From assembly GCA_965637545.1 (NCBI GenBank), contig OZ281494.1, positions 2,728,001 through 2,792,000 on the forward strand: DNA of 64,000 nucleotides. Reading direction: 5' to 3'. This stretch comes from Phallusia mammillata. Lineage: Eukaryota. A program made the translations under genes and the position numbers. The notes beneath the pieces are model-generated. The model was not told the DNA's origin and did not search any database. It saw nothing but the letters and a program-made list of their open reading frames with translations. How positions within the stretch are numbered: position 1 is the stretch's first letter; every line of letters begins with the position of its first letter. This document shows positions 14,601 through 28,800 of the stretch, in pieces.

Positions 14601-17600
14601 CCAGCCATTGTTTTGCCCATTCTATCATCAGAACAGGCGATTTCCTTTGCCCACGATACGCACTGGGGCGAAAAGACTAAACCCTGCAAGCATATTCGCT
14701 CGTTTCAAGCCATGTTTAATTCAGGTCCAATGTTATCGAATTCTGTAACTCTAAGCAAGTTAGTTTGCAAATATACATCAAATCATGCAGTTTATTTTAG
14801 TTTAGGAATAGTGGATAAAATTGTGCATTGAAATACATTCATAACATTATCAATTTTAGTTTCAATTTGTCGATTGTTTATGTTCTAAATCTCACAATCG
14901 CCTACGAATAATGGTTATGACATCATAATCAATTCGAACCGTTTGTTTGTTTTGTGGCAGTGGGCCACTTAATGCATCCTGGCAAGGCTTGATGTAACTT
15001 GTATAGCTTTGTACGTGATGTGTCTTTGAATGATTGGTCCATTACTTTCAATAACACTGTAACTTTGTCGGTTCATGCCAGTTGCGGGATATGTAATCTA
15101 TTTTTTAGTTGTTATGCAAGTCAATAGAAGTTTGTTTATAAAAATTGCAATGCTTTGTGTTACAAATTGTTTATTACGCGTTGTTGTACGTGTGTCTAAG
15201 GTTTAAAAAGACACTACAGGCACTACACAATGCAAATTCCTTTACTAATACAAACAGCGCCTTGTGTCTGTCGGCAAGCTATTTGATTACAATGAAAGTT
15301 GGTTTATATTACAAGTGCATTATATGTATTTGTAAATACATTTAACTGTCATTGTATGAAAATCAAGCAATATTTTTTAAACTGCGGTCAAAAACTTGAG
15401 AAAAATGACGGTCACTGTAATCCACTTTCGATCGCAACAAAACAAAATGGCTTCGCGGCGTCTCGCTTTGCACTCGAAGATCCGAAAGTCAACAGACAAT
15501 GCAGGTCGAAGCCTTCGATCGGCATTGTGACGAAATAGAACCAAACCATTGCCAAAATAAAGTGCATTACCTATCATGCTTTGGAATAAAAAGACAATGG
15601 AAAGATTCGAAATGCAATTGTAACATGTTTTATGTTTAAAGTGTTTAACCACAATATTTTAACGTACGAATCAATACAGTAGTGTTTAAAGTGTTGATCA
15701 AAAGCCAATCTTACAGCTGGCATTTAAACAAATAGCTTTTAGCAGCGTGAAAACAACTTGGGGCGTGGCCAGTGTATTAAGATTTACAGCAGAGTTGAGA
15801 TTAGGTGCAGTACTGATCTTATCTATGTTCGTCCACTGAATTATCGTAAATGCGCTCGTCCCGATTTCATCGACGCTGCCTGTCTGTCGTTTCGCATTTC
15901 AGATTCAGATTCTCCTTTTTTCGTCCCTCCAGTCGAAACTCGCATTGTCCATAGCTTGTTATTTGCCGTGATTGGGCAGTAGGAATAGGTGGGGAGTTTA
16001 CTATTAGTATATTTATTTGTTTGATTACAGTGGAACCAGAATGCAATGTAAAGTATGCAACTTTAAAAATGGAAATGTCTTTGCATTAATACTTGCTGTT
16101 TTGTTGGAGGTTTGTTTGTATTCCGTTTCACACTTATGGTTTATTACTGACTAACAAAGGACATTTAAACGTAAATAAATGATAGATAGGTTCGTAAAGT
16201 TTTACAGTTGTTTAAAAATTCTTTTTAAACAAGCGTGACGTTGCGGAGTGAAATGGGATTCGAATCTGACAAATAGCCATTGTTTTGTCAATTGTTTGGT
16301 CATAAGACAGTTTGTGAAGGTTTTGCATTTTATTGAACGTGATTATCAGTAGTTTCGTAATACAGGACTTGAAAATTAACAATACGTTTACCGTGCAGCT
16401 TTTAACCTTGTAACCAATCTTAGTTTAGTGTTTACGTGTGAACGCATAAGATAAAATGCAAGTTTACTAAATTATTTTATTTTCTAGAAACGTAAGTCAA
16501 CCCAAGGAACTTTTCTGTTATGATTTTGAATTTGTTCGGTAAAATACGACAACATTCGATCCCCGGTTACTGTTCTCTCTTGCGTCACTAAGAAGACTTG
16601 TTACGTCACAAAGCAAGCTAACACCGAAACCTTAAAGATGATGGTTGGAAATCTCGCACAGGTGATTATTACGTCACAATAAAAATCAAAATTACTTTAA
16701 TAAAATTTAAAAGAACACATTTTTCGTCTTTTCGGGCACTAAATATGTGATATTTTGCGAAATTCGGCAAACTATAGAATTGGACTACGAAATGAAACGA
16801 TTAGAATGCCACAACGTATTGATGATCTACGCCAGGGAAAATGGTTCATTTTTTGGGGTAATAATTCAAGATTTACAAGCAGGGTTTTACCGGCTGTGGA
16901 ATCTATGGGCAGGTGTTGCATATGTAGGTCAATTCGAATGAAGACAAATGCTCGTAATACACATCTAATATGCAACTGGTGGAACAATAGAGATTTAAAT
17001 CCGCCCACTATTAACAAACAAAGCGCGCCGCGTGCCACGGACAATGGTATTAGAATAAAAACCGAATCATCGAAACCAGATGTCCATGAGCGATTGGACA
17101 ATCAGGCTGGTGTAACGAAAATGGTTAATTTTCAGGGCCCTGTTGATTGTCGGGTTAATTGACAAGAGATGATTGGAGTGTGTTTTATCCTATTTTTTCT
17201 ATTACATAACAGTAATCATCACGTAGACTATAATCTGCAAGCAGGTGCTTTCATCTGTTGCATAACATATTACATATGCACTATTACTTAACCAGTACTA
17301 CACCCTTTAACACATATTGTTAATTTTTTGATCATATACTGGCCCCCACTATACCAGATGCAAGCTTAGAATCGTTCCTTTGACGTACAACAGAAGTCCG
17401 CAATTTGCAATATGACATGATAACGCCAAGTGTTACATTACAATGTCCCTATTCTACGTCACTCGCAGTTAATGGCACTTATCGCAAAATCTCGCAAGGG
17501 GCGCTGTGCACAGCACAAACGCATATGTACAGATGAACTCTTAGCATCTTGTCTGGAGTTAATCAAGATAACTGACATTAAACTTAGAATCCACTATCGC

Positions 17601-19290
17601 GTTGCGACTATAATTACGATATTAAGTGATGGCTTGTGCCGTGCTAATGTATGGAGAAGCCTTCGGGCCTAATCTTGAACTACGACAAGTGTAATGATGC
17701 AGAGGTACTTGTGATATCTGAAGGCAAGGCAAGTTACGGATGTTCTCAATCAAAGCGATAACAATGCTAAGTTGCAACTAGGCGTCATTCGTTGAGCGAT
17801 ATTCCGTTTGCCGTTCTTTTTTTCAATTTAAGTAGCAACAAAATTGAAAAGGGAATCCTTCACTACGCTCGCTATGTAAGAAGTTTTGCCTCAAAAGTGC
17901 AAAAAATATATGTCTACATGTCCATTTAACACTCGCTAATATTTTAACTGCAAAGAAACATTAGATTATTTGTCCTTTGCGTTGAAAATAAAGTCAACTT
18001 AATTCGGAAAATATTCTGTTTGTTTTCATTCACCAAGCAAAGAACCGGGTAATTTTATTTTCTAGTTTAAATACGAGTATTAAAATTAATATGTTGAACT
18101 TAAAATTTCGTCTTTCAAAATTCTTGCTTTTCAGTAGCGACATTATTACGTCATAGGGGCTGTTGTATTTTTGGAATGAGACGCGCCGGAAACGAGCGGA
18201 TACAGTGCGATCCTTGTCACGTGATACCGCTGCGACCGTCGCCATTGCGGAATTCGAATTTCGAGTTGGCCCGACTCCAAATCCCGTCGTTACAAAGTTA
18301 AACGACGGGTTTTTGTTCATGTCAAAGTGTATCTTAACTCAAGCGAACCGAAGTTCGTCGCCATTTTCATGCGGGAGAGAAAGTATCGACTCCATTTTGA
18401 AAGTGAAGCGAAGTTTTATGAAAGTGTTACTTTGGGCCCTTAAGGCGTTTACAAAACTGAGGTTACCTCTTTACAATGGAATACATCCATTGGAAATGCA
18501 TGTGGTAAGATACAGTTTGTAAGATGTATTAGTTTCGCCACAAAACGTATCGCATTACTGACCTATTTACATTTGTGTATGTCGAGCAAACGCGGTTTTT
18601 AGAATATTATTCACGCAATAAAATAAACAGGAATTTTAAACCGCGCAAATCTTCGCAAATAACAATTAACCCCCAAAGTCTCGCGATTCTAAAACTCTAA
18701 GCTTCTTGCAACAACGCCCGTCACCCCCCTAATTGACGCGACCGACGTTAATCCCTTGTCGAATCGCGCGATTATGACGTCACAATTAAACGTCGGGCGG
18801 GGATTTTAATGTGCGTTCGAAATGTTACGTGTATTGGGCGATGTTTGTGTAATGCGTCGCGATGCACGTTCTAAATCGCAATCTACACGTATCACGATTT
18901 CCTCTGCATGTATGACGTCACAAGCACGATTGTTTCTACGCGGCGAAAAGAATGTTTAATATCACGGCGCACCGGGTCGACGTTGATCGTTCCAAGAAAG
19001 GCGACCGCATTTAATAAACAGTTTGATATCTCGATCTTAGCATGCACGCGACGGCAGGGGATTGATACAGCGCGAAGCAACCGCAAGATTTTGCATTTCA
19101 ACGCGGCCGACGCGCATTTGCTCCAAGACGGAAACTGATTGTTTGATTGCGGGCCTTGCCAGACGAAATAAAAATCGCATGTCGAGTTTACAAAGGTCGC
19201 CCGGAAAACAAATGAACAAGGCTGACATTAAAGCGGGGTTTAATCTGAAATTCCTTTGCTATAAAAGATGCCTATCATGTTACACCCAAT

Positions 19291-19321
19291 CCTCGTTTCT
19301 CTTGTTTTGTGACGTTACAAG
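19291..19321 (+). promoter_or_regulatory. Unpaired splice acceptor 90 nt upstream of the ARID3 ATG (5'UTR intron or SL trans-splice acceptor)
   Basis: Pyrimidine tract cctcgtttctcttgttttgt followed by acaAG at 19320-19321; no convincing partner donor identified. Confidence 0.3.
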
Positions 19322-19411
19322 TCAATTATGTCGTGACAGGCGAAAGCAGACATCGGCCTCGCCGGTGGAATCGGTTCGGCGGCGTCGGCCAACAACGTGA
19401 GCGCCGCTACA

Positions 19412-19855
19412 ATGAAACTCGAAGCGGTCATGGAAAATCTGCAGCGTCAGCATCAGCAACGCTTGATCGAGCAACACAAGGTCGATGACGTCATGACAGG
19501 AGGTGACGACTTCAGCGACAGTTCCGACCACCGGAGGCGCTCGTACTCGGAATCGCCGAAGGGCGGCAGTGGCGGTGCCGACGAATCGGGCGACGAGGAC
19601 GGCCGACAACACTCGCCGATGGGAATGATGAAAGACGATGATGACGTCACTAACGGTGGGGGTTCCCCGGTTTCTGAGCGCTCTTCTGCACTGATGGCTC
19701 AACAGGTCGCCTTTGCCGCTGCCCTGGCCCAGAGGTCGTCGCCGGAAAGCAACGCCCCAGCCTCGTTGAACTCGTTCATGCCACAAGCAATGCTTCAACA
19801 GTTTGGACAGTTCCAGAACAATCTGGCTAGCTTCGATCCCTCCCAATTGCCACAG
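19412..19855 (+). CDS. ARID3: ARID3 coding exon 1
   Basis: ATG at 19412, MKLEAVMENLQRQHQQRL...FDPSQLPQ, donor GT at 19856, phase 0. Confidence 0.9.
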
Positions 19856-22800
19856 GTCCGTACTCTCTACTTTGTTGTAAACATGCATCGCCAGCATTGT
19901 AGTTTTACATCTGAACACGCCAGAAATTCTCAAAGTAAATACAATTGCTAGAAGAGCGCAATAAGGTTTCAACTCTGAAAGTTTGAAAACTACTTTGTGA
20001 TGTGGTTTGTGTTTGTTACATGTCTTTGTGGGGTTGGCTAAAGTTACAGTTATATTCTTGTAGGGATTTCGTGAACTGGCATTGCTGCAACACCAACAGA
20101 TGGCCCAGAGGATGGCAGTTGAAGCACAGAAGAGATTACAGGAGCAACAGAACCTACAACAGCAGCAACAACAACAGCAACAGGTTGAATAATGTTTCAT
20201 AACTTGATTGTTAGCGTCCGCATTTTGCAAAGACATTTTGTCATCTTTGTTTGCGAAGATTGCTGCAGTGGAAGAAAAATTCTCCCTAAACTTAGACTAA
20301 AAATATTTACAGCGAAAAAGTAGAAGCAAATCATTGTGTAACGATATTTCTTGGGACATTTTAGCATGCATATGTGCAATGTCAACTTTAGCTACGTGTT
20401 CGCTACCACCTTTGCCTGAAAACTTTTTAAATGTCATGACCCTAACAGCACGCAAAGCGTCATCTGATGATATCATAGCTGGTTGCCAAAGCGTTTGAAA
20501 TAAGAAATCTTGTTTTTATTATTATCAATTCCGTCAACATTCTTGTTGTTTTCTGCGAAACCTAAAAAACAAGGTCATTGTGCGATTAGCTTTGAATTCT
20601 TGGTGAAAAACAACATCTCATATCTGCAAAGAAACATCAAACACATCACGTTCATCGGGTTGTTACGTCCAATAGTTATTACGACAACTATTTCTCCCTA
20701 ACACAGGTCACAAGCGGCACAAGATACACGAATCCAATCTTACTTCGAATGTTGGAAATTAATTCCTGCCGTGTACCTGATTTTTCGCCGGACTAAGATT
20801 AAAATCAATCCCCGAAATTTTTTATCCATCTTTATAGCGCATCTTTGCATGTATTCTGATGCTATCTCAACCAGGCTGAGGCGCAGATAGTGGCTCTAAT
20901 TCAGACTCAATCGCTTTACAAGGCAGTGTTTTCAGTTTGATACGCCCGAGTGTTTATTGCAGATACATTCCAGTGTTTCTGGAGTTCACCTCTTAATTTG
21001 CAGAGTTGTATTATTGCCGCAAAATTGTTTCTAACACTTATTTCGTTATCTTACGATACTTTGTTTGGCGCATTCTACCTGAATCTGAAGTTAATAAAGT
21101 GCAAAGTGGATTTTATCTCTATTACCTCGATAATCATGCACACAATAATTTAATTAACTTGAACTTGGAGATTTATTTCACTCAACAACACATTACATCA
21201 CACACTTTGTTTTGCAGCTGCCACATCACCCACAAATGCACACCCCAGCTCCGAGTCACCAAACTACGCAATCAAACGCGTCATCAAACTCGTCCATGTC
21301 ATCAGGAATGACGTCACAATCGAAAAGCGCTTCGTCGGGCGGCGGCACCAACCAACAAGAGTGGACGTACGAAGAACAATTTAAACAGGTTAGCCCACAT
21401 TCTGTGACGTCACATTGCGTTTTGTGACGTCACTTTGCGTTATTAGCGTCACAATATGTTGTCCGCGATGGTCCAGTTGCTGGTAATGGATGATGGGATT
21501 TAGCAAATTGGCTTGCCATTTTAATGGAAGGGTTCATCACCCAGTTATCGCCCCCTCAAACCGCTCAAAGATAATGGAACTTTGTTTGTATAGGAATGAT
21601 ATCATTGTTTTTATAAGCCGATGTTGTAAGACATGAAAGTTACCAGTTAAAAGTACCTCGTTCACAAAACTGTCTATAAATTCAATAATACATGTGGAAA
21701 ATGCATTTATCTGAAGTATGGCACTTGCGTTGCATTTGTTTGGTTGTCATCTTATGTTGACGATACCAAGGGTTTCTTGATTTAAATTCACCGAGACGTA
21801 TCGCGCTGCTTGAAATCGCTTCGACCGGTTTTTGAAACGCCAACGCCGGCCAAAACAAATTGTTACGCTCGAAGTCCATTCAACGTGTCGAAAATGATAA
21901 TAAACGCGGCGCATCCATAAGCGAAACACTTTCAACAATCAGTAATGGACTCTTGTTTTGCCGAGCACTCAATGTTAGTCGCTCTGTTATTTGATCTCAT
22001 CCCAGATAAAGACCAAACAAATTTCATTGGTGCAAAGATCATTCGCCCGCTTGGTCACGCCTGATTGAACACGCGTTACTGTGATGTAACAGTCGACTCG
22101 AACCCCTTGTTCTGTCTATTGTTCATTATTCTTCATTTCTACATGGCTGGTTGTTCGGTCACATAAGAACTTTTTCTGCTTTGGCGGTTTCCGTTTGCCA
22201 AATGTGATCGGTTTGATATCAAATGTCGAGATCGGCTTCAAAAACCCTTACTTTTACGCTTTACACACACTCTTAGTAGATTATATTAAAAACAAAGACC
22301 CAAAAATTTGTCAAGAGTGAGTTGTGTTATTTATAAAACATTGGATTTAGAAAGATAAATGTTGTTTAATTGCATGTAGGAAAAATCCTTTTGAAAGCAA
22401 ACACACACGACAATAAATAAATACATGTAAACCACAAATGATTTGACTTTGAACGAAGATTTGATTCACGAGTACTAGCCAATTTTGTTCGCAATCAAAT
22501 ATATTTGTGGACATTGGATGCGAGAAGTGAATAAGTCGTTATTGAATAAAAAAAAGAAGTGGTAAAGACTTAAATAATTTGTTGCGCTAAAATTTTAAGG
22601 TTTTAGTATTCACCAATTCAACTGTTTCTTTTTAATCGTGCTTGGGAACGAATCGATCATTTCTTACAGCAAGAATTTGCGCGGCAAAATAGCTCTCAAA
22701 ATATAAATGTCAATCCAAATCAATCAATTATTTCGTATTGCAACAACCTGATCCAGACACACAGTAAAGCAACGTTCGGTTGAAAAACAAACCCTTAAAA

Positions 22801-25800
22801 CAAAACCGTCTTTGATCTCGAAAAAAGCTGATTACAATTCCAAAAAACGTGGGCGAAAAAAACCTTCACCGAAGTTAAAAATTCCTTTCTAAATTAATCG
22901 AGAAATCGACGAATGATTAGACAGACGCGCCGGGATTGAAACAACAACTTCGGCGCCGCTGGGGCTACAGGGGCCCGGCATTTGGGGCCTTTGTCTTACC
23001 CATGGGTTATCTTCGACATTTCTGATGGTCCGTTGCACTGTTGGGCAGATAGCGCGGATTATTGGAGAATTCCTGGATTGCAACGGGCCTGGCAGATTGC
23101 CAAGCAAGATGAAACGAACGCTTAAACCACTCAAATGCGACGCATAGATTGAATTAAAGATTGCTTATAGCAACTTCGTGGATAAATGCTGACTGCGCGT
23201 GTGGTGGATTAGATTTAAAGTGGAACTTTTTCTGCACTGACAGTTCAAACGTTTCCTTTTGTTTAAAAACCAAATTTACAAAGTAGTTTCTGACCAATAT
23301 TTGATGGGTAAAAGCATTAAAGCGAAAATCAGGGATAGACTTAAATAGGCATGCTTTATTATTCAAAAATAGTATAGTCCTATATTTAGTGGATGTCCAG
23401 TGTGGCAATATGTAAAAACAAATAAAAAACAACTTGTAGCACACATTGGATTGTAATTAACTGTAAACAATGTTGTCAATTTACATTTTGAAACAAGAAA
23501 CTGTGGGGCAAAATATACAGGTAGTTTAAATCATTCCTATGATTCATATAGTTTAAACTTGTTTTCAATTTCTTTTCAAAATATTTGAACCGCATTATAA
23601 TTGACAATTTTAACAAGTATGGAAAAATCTAAATCCCACAAACTTTAATAAGCGAATCTTTTTCACTTTTGACCTTTCAAATCTTTTAGTGATCTTGAAT
23701 ATAAAATTGGCCAAAATTTGTAAAAATGGACAATAGGTTAAGCAATGATATACAGGCCACGAAATAATATCTTGTGTCCGATTTGTTTCATTGTAAATTT
23801 TGCATGTAAGGACAATTAAACTATCCGCTTTTTATGTCAATCTCATTGTAAAACCTTTTCCTCTATCGCCGATTTGCTGATCTCATTCAAGATTGCATTA
23901 AAATTTCATTGCGAAATAGAAAACCCGGCCTACAAGGGCAAAATTAAAATATATTCATCTCTCTCACGTGTTTGGCCCAAAAGTATTGGAGAGACGCGTT
24001 TGTTTCTTGAGATTTAAAGCGAGGAATAAACTTAAATCCTGGTGTTTGGATTGGCTCGCTACAATTGCCCCTTAACACTTGCAAAGGGAAAATGAAAATG
24101 TTTCCATTAATTATTAAAATGCATCACCTAGTCGGGGTTTTGTCGTTTGTATTTAATGTCTGTTCAGCCTTTATGGCAACTGTGTTTCTTTGTTCGCAGC
24201 TTTTTCTTGTTGCGATGATTTTTAAAGCGTAAAATAATCAATTTTGACTTTGTTTTGATTTCGGTTCAAATTTATGTCAAAAAAACTTAACATTTGCAGT
24301 TATTAATTTGCAAAACTGTCCTGTTTAACTATTTGTTCAGTTCATTGGTCATGTAAAAACATGCATAAAAGTCTTTAAATGACCCTTTCTCCCCTTTAAA
24401 ACTACAAACTCATTATTTTTATAGCAAATTGCAGCTAGCAATATACCTGACATGCAATCGAAACAATATTACCAGATCAAAATTTAGCAATTTTTATCCT
24501 TGTCAGTTGATTGGTCCATTCAAATTTACGTGATTGGCCGAAACACATCGCAATTGCTTCCCCAGCGATTCGTCTAATTGCCTTTTTATTGGCCCGCCTG
24601 CGGCGTCGTTTGAAATCAACGATTGTTTCGTCACACTGACCGGATTGTTGCTTATTATTCCGTCACAACAATGTTCATTCTACCCATGGGAACGCGACAG
24701 ATTTTGTCATAATTTGCCGCGTGATGGAAGATTCAACAGAATTTGCGTAATAATTAGGCATTGTTACGTCATGAATCGAACGCTTGATGAGCGTTAAATC
24801 TAGTCACGTGGATAATATGATTTCATTTTTTGACAACAAAATGCCAGAAATAGATTTTGCCTATTAAGCATTGGATGCAGGTTTGGTTTAATAACTTAAT
24901 TTGATTTTGGTTTACATTACTTATAGGGTGTAGTTTCGACCTCGTTTGTCGTGAACAAAACTCCATTTCGTTGAAGACATAAAACCTTGCTTGACATGTC
25001 GTTTGTTAAGTGCTTCCTGGCTATGTGACTTTAAAACATGTCAAATGCATTTCGTCAAGGTTGAGTGCATAAAATGTTCTCATAAACCCTCTTTCAATGT
25101 TTGGCCAATAAGTTTTATCGAAACTTAAATAATGCTAATATTGACAGTAGAAAGTTTTACTGTGATGAAAAATGCCTCCATTTAACCGATGCATCGATAA
25201 CTTGCCTCTCGCCTTCTCCCAACGTGCAACATTTCCAGAACAAGCTTATTAAAACGCGCGACGGCCGAAGCAACGAAAGCTGAGCGGAGGGAAACAGGGC
25301 ATGGTAAACAGTGTAAAGGATTAGAGCAACATTTTCTACACGGTTGAGCGGCAAAGGTCAAGTTTCAGACCCAGGGTCGCCCCGGGATTCAGTTACCCCG
25401 CTTTCGGCCCCACTTTCTCGCCGGGGGCGCTCAGAACCCCCTTTTGCGTCGCCCCAGCTTGTCATGGGAGAGAGAAATGGGAAATGTTTGTTTTACAAAG
25501 TTACCGCGTCGCAGCCAATTGAGTCTGTTTGAGGCTAGTTGCCGCGCGTCCTGCGTTCGATTTGGCGACACTCAAGCGATTTGACTCGCGCTGAGTGCTT
25601 AATGCGCTCATTAAGAGTTCTTTTGACACTCTTTGTTGGTTTTGGTGACATCCAAGATTGCTCACAACCAAATGCTTCGATTCTTGGTTGCTTAAACATT
25701 AAAAGCTTGACGGCTAAATGTTACAGACAGAAGCATAAAAAACTTTATTTTTAACATTCAAACATTACTGGTCATTAGTTTTCCTGATATATTTTGTTCT

Positions 25801-28800
25801 TTTTTTTCCTCACTTTGTGACAAGGGTTAGTATATTACACTATAATAGCGTTTAATATAAGCTTATATTTATATCAACTAGAAAGATCTTTCATTCGTAA
25901 TTTCTTTGTCTCCAAGCAAATCCTTCATTTTCTCATTGTGCATGTGGATAATAATTCAAAATAAAATTTCCTTGGCGACGATTTAAGCGATCAAACACAA
26001 AGATAAAAAATCCGCTGACCACTACAACTATTTCGAGTGAAAAAGTCACGTAACAAAAACACTATAAACCAATGCGAGTTAAAGATGGACATTCCTCATA
26101 GCAAGGCAAGCGTCCCAAGCAATCACTCTACACCCGGTCAGCAGAAATTAATCTTATTTGATAGAGACAAGAGCTTAGGGTCGGGCTTGTAGGGTCAAGC
26201 ATGGGTCATTTCACAAATGGACATTTTATTTACCCAATATCGTCTCCCCTGTCCCCTCGAAACCGCAGTAGAAGGGATTTTATCTCACAGTTTAAACCGA
26301 TGTAGGGATAAGTCGAAAGCGAACCGTGACTTGATTTGACAGCCAACCATACCCCCCTTTATCCCCCCTCAACGAAATGCGCCTTCTTATCCATTTTGAC
26401 GTCACAATGGAAATGAGTTAAGACGCTACCAGACAATAAAATCATTTTCAGCCATTAAACTGGACATAATATAGTTACAAACGCTTTACACATTGCACAT
26501 CGACTTGTCATAGAACAAGTTTTATTGTGCTATTGTGCATCGCGTTGCATGATTATGACACCACAAAGTGCATGCAGACAACAAAATCAAATGTCGGTAA
26601 AATTGCTGCTTTATATTAATTACGATTGTGACGAAATAAGTGTTGTAACGTCACAATGGTCGCGTGTGTGGCGCGGGAAACCGGAGACGTTCGACTACAG
26701 CAAGGTCATTATCTGACCACTCGAGGTGTGTGGACAGGACGGGCTGGACCGGATATAAAACATCACCCAGCGCCGGTCAATTTGAATCGGGGTCACGGGG
26801 TCAACCGCTGACCAATGTCCAGTTCAATGGGGCGAGAAATCTAATACTCAAACGCAGGGTGGAGGATGGGGTCACTAGATGAGCTGAAGGGTTAATGTCA
26901 AGGGGGCTAAGGGTTTCGTTATTTTAGTTTTTTTGTAGGTTTTTATAGGATTTGTGTCCAAGGGGGCAGGTAGGGGAGGGTTAGGGGTCTTGTAAGGGTC
27001 ACCTCTATTCTTACTGTGTTTCAATTGGATTTTAGATTTAAAATTACATTTCGAAGTTTAATTTGCCGAGCATCGCATCTAAGTCTATGTGAAGACCTAA
27101 AATCGATTTTATCCCACTTTTACAACTTGTCGTTTAGATCGTTAAACGCTTGAGCGCTCAAATAAGCAACAAAAACTCGTAAACCGCGATTTTCGATTGT
27201 CGATTTCAAAACCAACTTTATCTCATTTGTTCCACCAATCTGCCACGTCACAATGCCCATTATGACGCATCACTGGTCATCGGTGCGGTCGATTGTTGAC
27301 CACGCGGCTGTCCTTCGTGCCGGTTTCTACAATACCACAATGCGTTGTGATGTAATAAGCGATTTGCACGCGTGGAGATGTCGGTGGGGTTTCCGCTCCG
27401 GTCATTGGACATTAAAGTTTCAGCTTTGGCCTGAAAATCAGATTTCCAATTTCTGGGATTATGTGAGTCGGCTTCGTAACACTCGCCCGCCATCACTAAT
27501 TCATGCTTGCGTTGAAACAGTTGGCAAAACAATCGCATATGAATAAAACATTTCGATGCCTCCGCCCTCTCTGATTCCATAAACTCTCATCTTCAACGAC
27601 GCAGCAAATCTTTAATTGCGCGAGAATGCGACCAGATGTTTTATTCATATTTTAATTTTGCTACGAGGTTCTGATTGTACCAGGCGATAACCTGATTGTC
27701 ATATCCAGCCCAGCTCAAACCCACAGCTAAACACCTTGGCGACGACATTCAAGGAATAGTGTTAATTATTCATTGGCCCTGTTTTGGCTCGCGAAAATCA
27801 ACACACGGTAAATTATAAGTGTGTCGAATAGTGGGGAGGATGACCTCTGTAACAATGTTGCTCATGTGTAGAGTGAAAAAGGTTTCATAAAGCGGGTTTG
27901 CAACGAACTTCGTACAGTAAAAATATTTGTGTTGATTGCGAGAGGTCTTTTAACGGGCAATAACATAAAATTGTTTAACCTTTTTTATGTTATATGTAGT
28001 GTTGATGTCAGGCATATTTCATAAACTTTCGATCTTGCTCAACCGGTAAATATAAAAAATGTTGTATTTATATTAAGCTATTGTTTTTTTGCCATTATTG
28101 AAACTTCACAGTTTGGTCTATTTATTCATTTATAAATGTGTACATTAAGTTTTATAATATCAAAAAACTCATGAAAACTAGCAATTTAGCATTAATTTAA
28201 CGTGGCACCATTTCGCCAATCAGAAACCTGTGACTGTGTGAACTGGGGTAAAGTCCTCTGGGGTGCGAAGCTTTTGGGTGTGGCGGGTTAGACTAAAAAT
28301 GTTCGAGATTACAAAATCGCGACAGTGGGTCTGCGCTCGCGTTACATCTCGCGATTATCGCGTCACAATGGGCGTTAGTTTCATTTAGTCGAGTTGTTGA
28401 GATTTAAGTGGCTGTTAATTGTGCATCGGACCCACTCCCAGCTACAGATGTGCCCGGGAGCGCTATAACTTTTTTATTATCGAGTTAACAGTGATCAGAT
28501 CGATATCCCCCCTCACGTGGCGGTCACTTTCTATTGTAGAACGCCCGTTCGAGAACCCTCAACTGATCTCACTTCGCGCTGTGGCGGTCCCCTCCCCCTT
28601 ACGAGTCAACCACTTTCGAGTATTGATCGTCATTTAAGTGTCGAAAACGCGAGCGTCGCAATTAATTCGAACCTCAATTTTGTTGCGCTTGCTATCCAGG
28701 TTTCAATTAACGTTCATACGCTAATGCGACTATCTAATTATTGTGACAACACATTAGTGACGTGTGGCTGCATTATGACGTCCACGTTTATTGGTGTGAC

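Noticed and set aside
16755-17162. 135-aa ORF with overlapping ORFs on both strands
   Set aside because: No recognisable motif or splice support; possibly a decayed repeat.
19322-20236. 304-aa minus-strand ORF
   Set aside because: Antisense shadow of ARID3 exons 1-2; the poly-Cys run mirrors CAG/CAA codons and there are no domain features.
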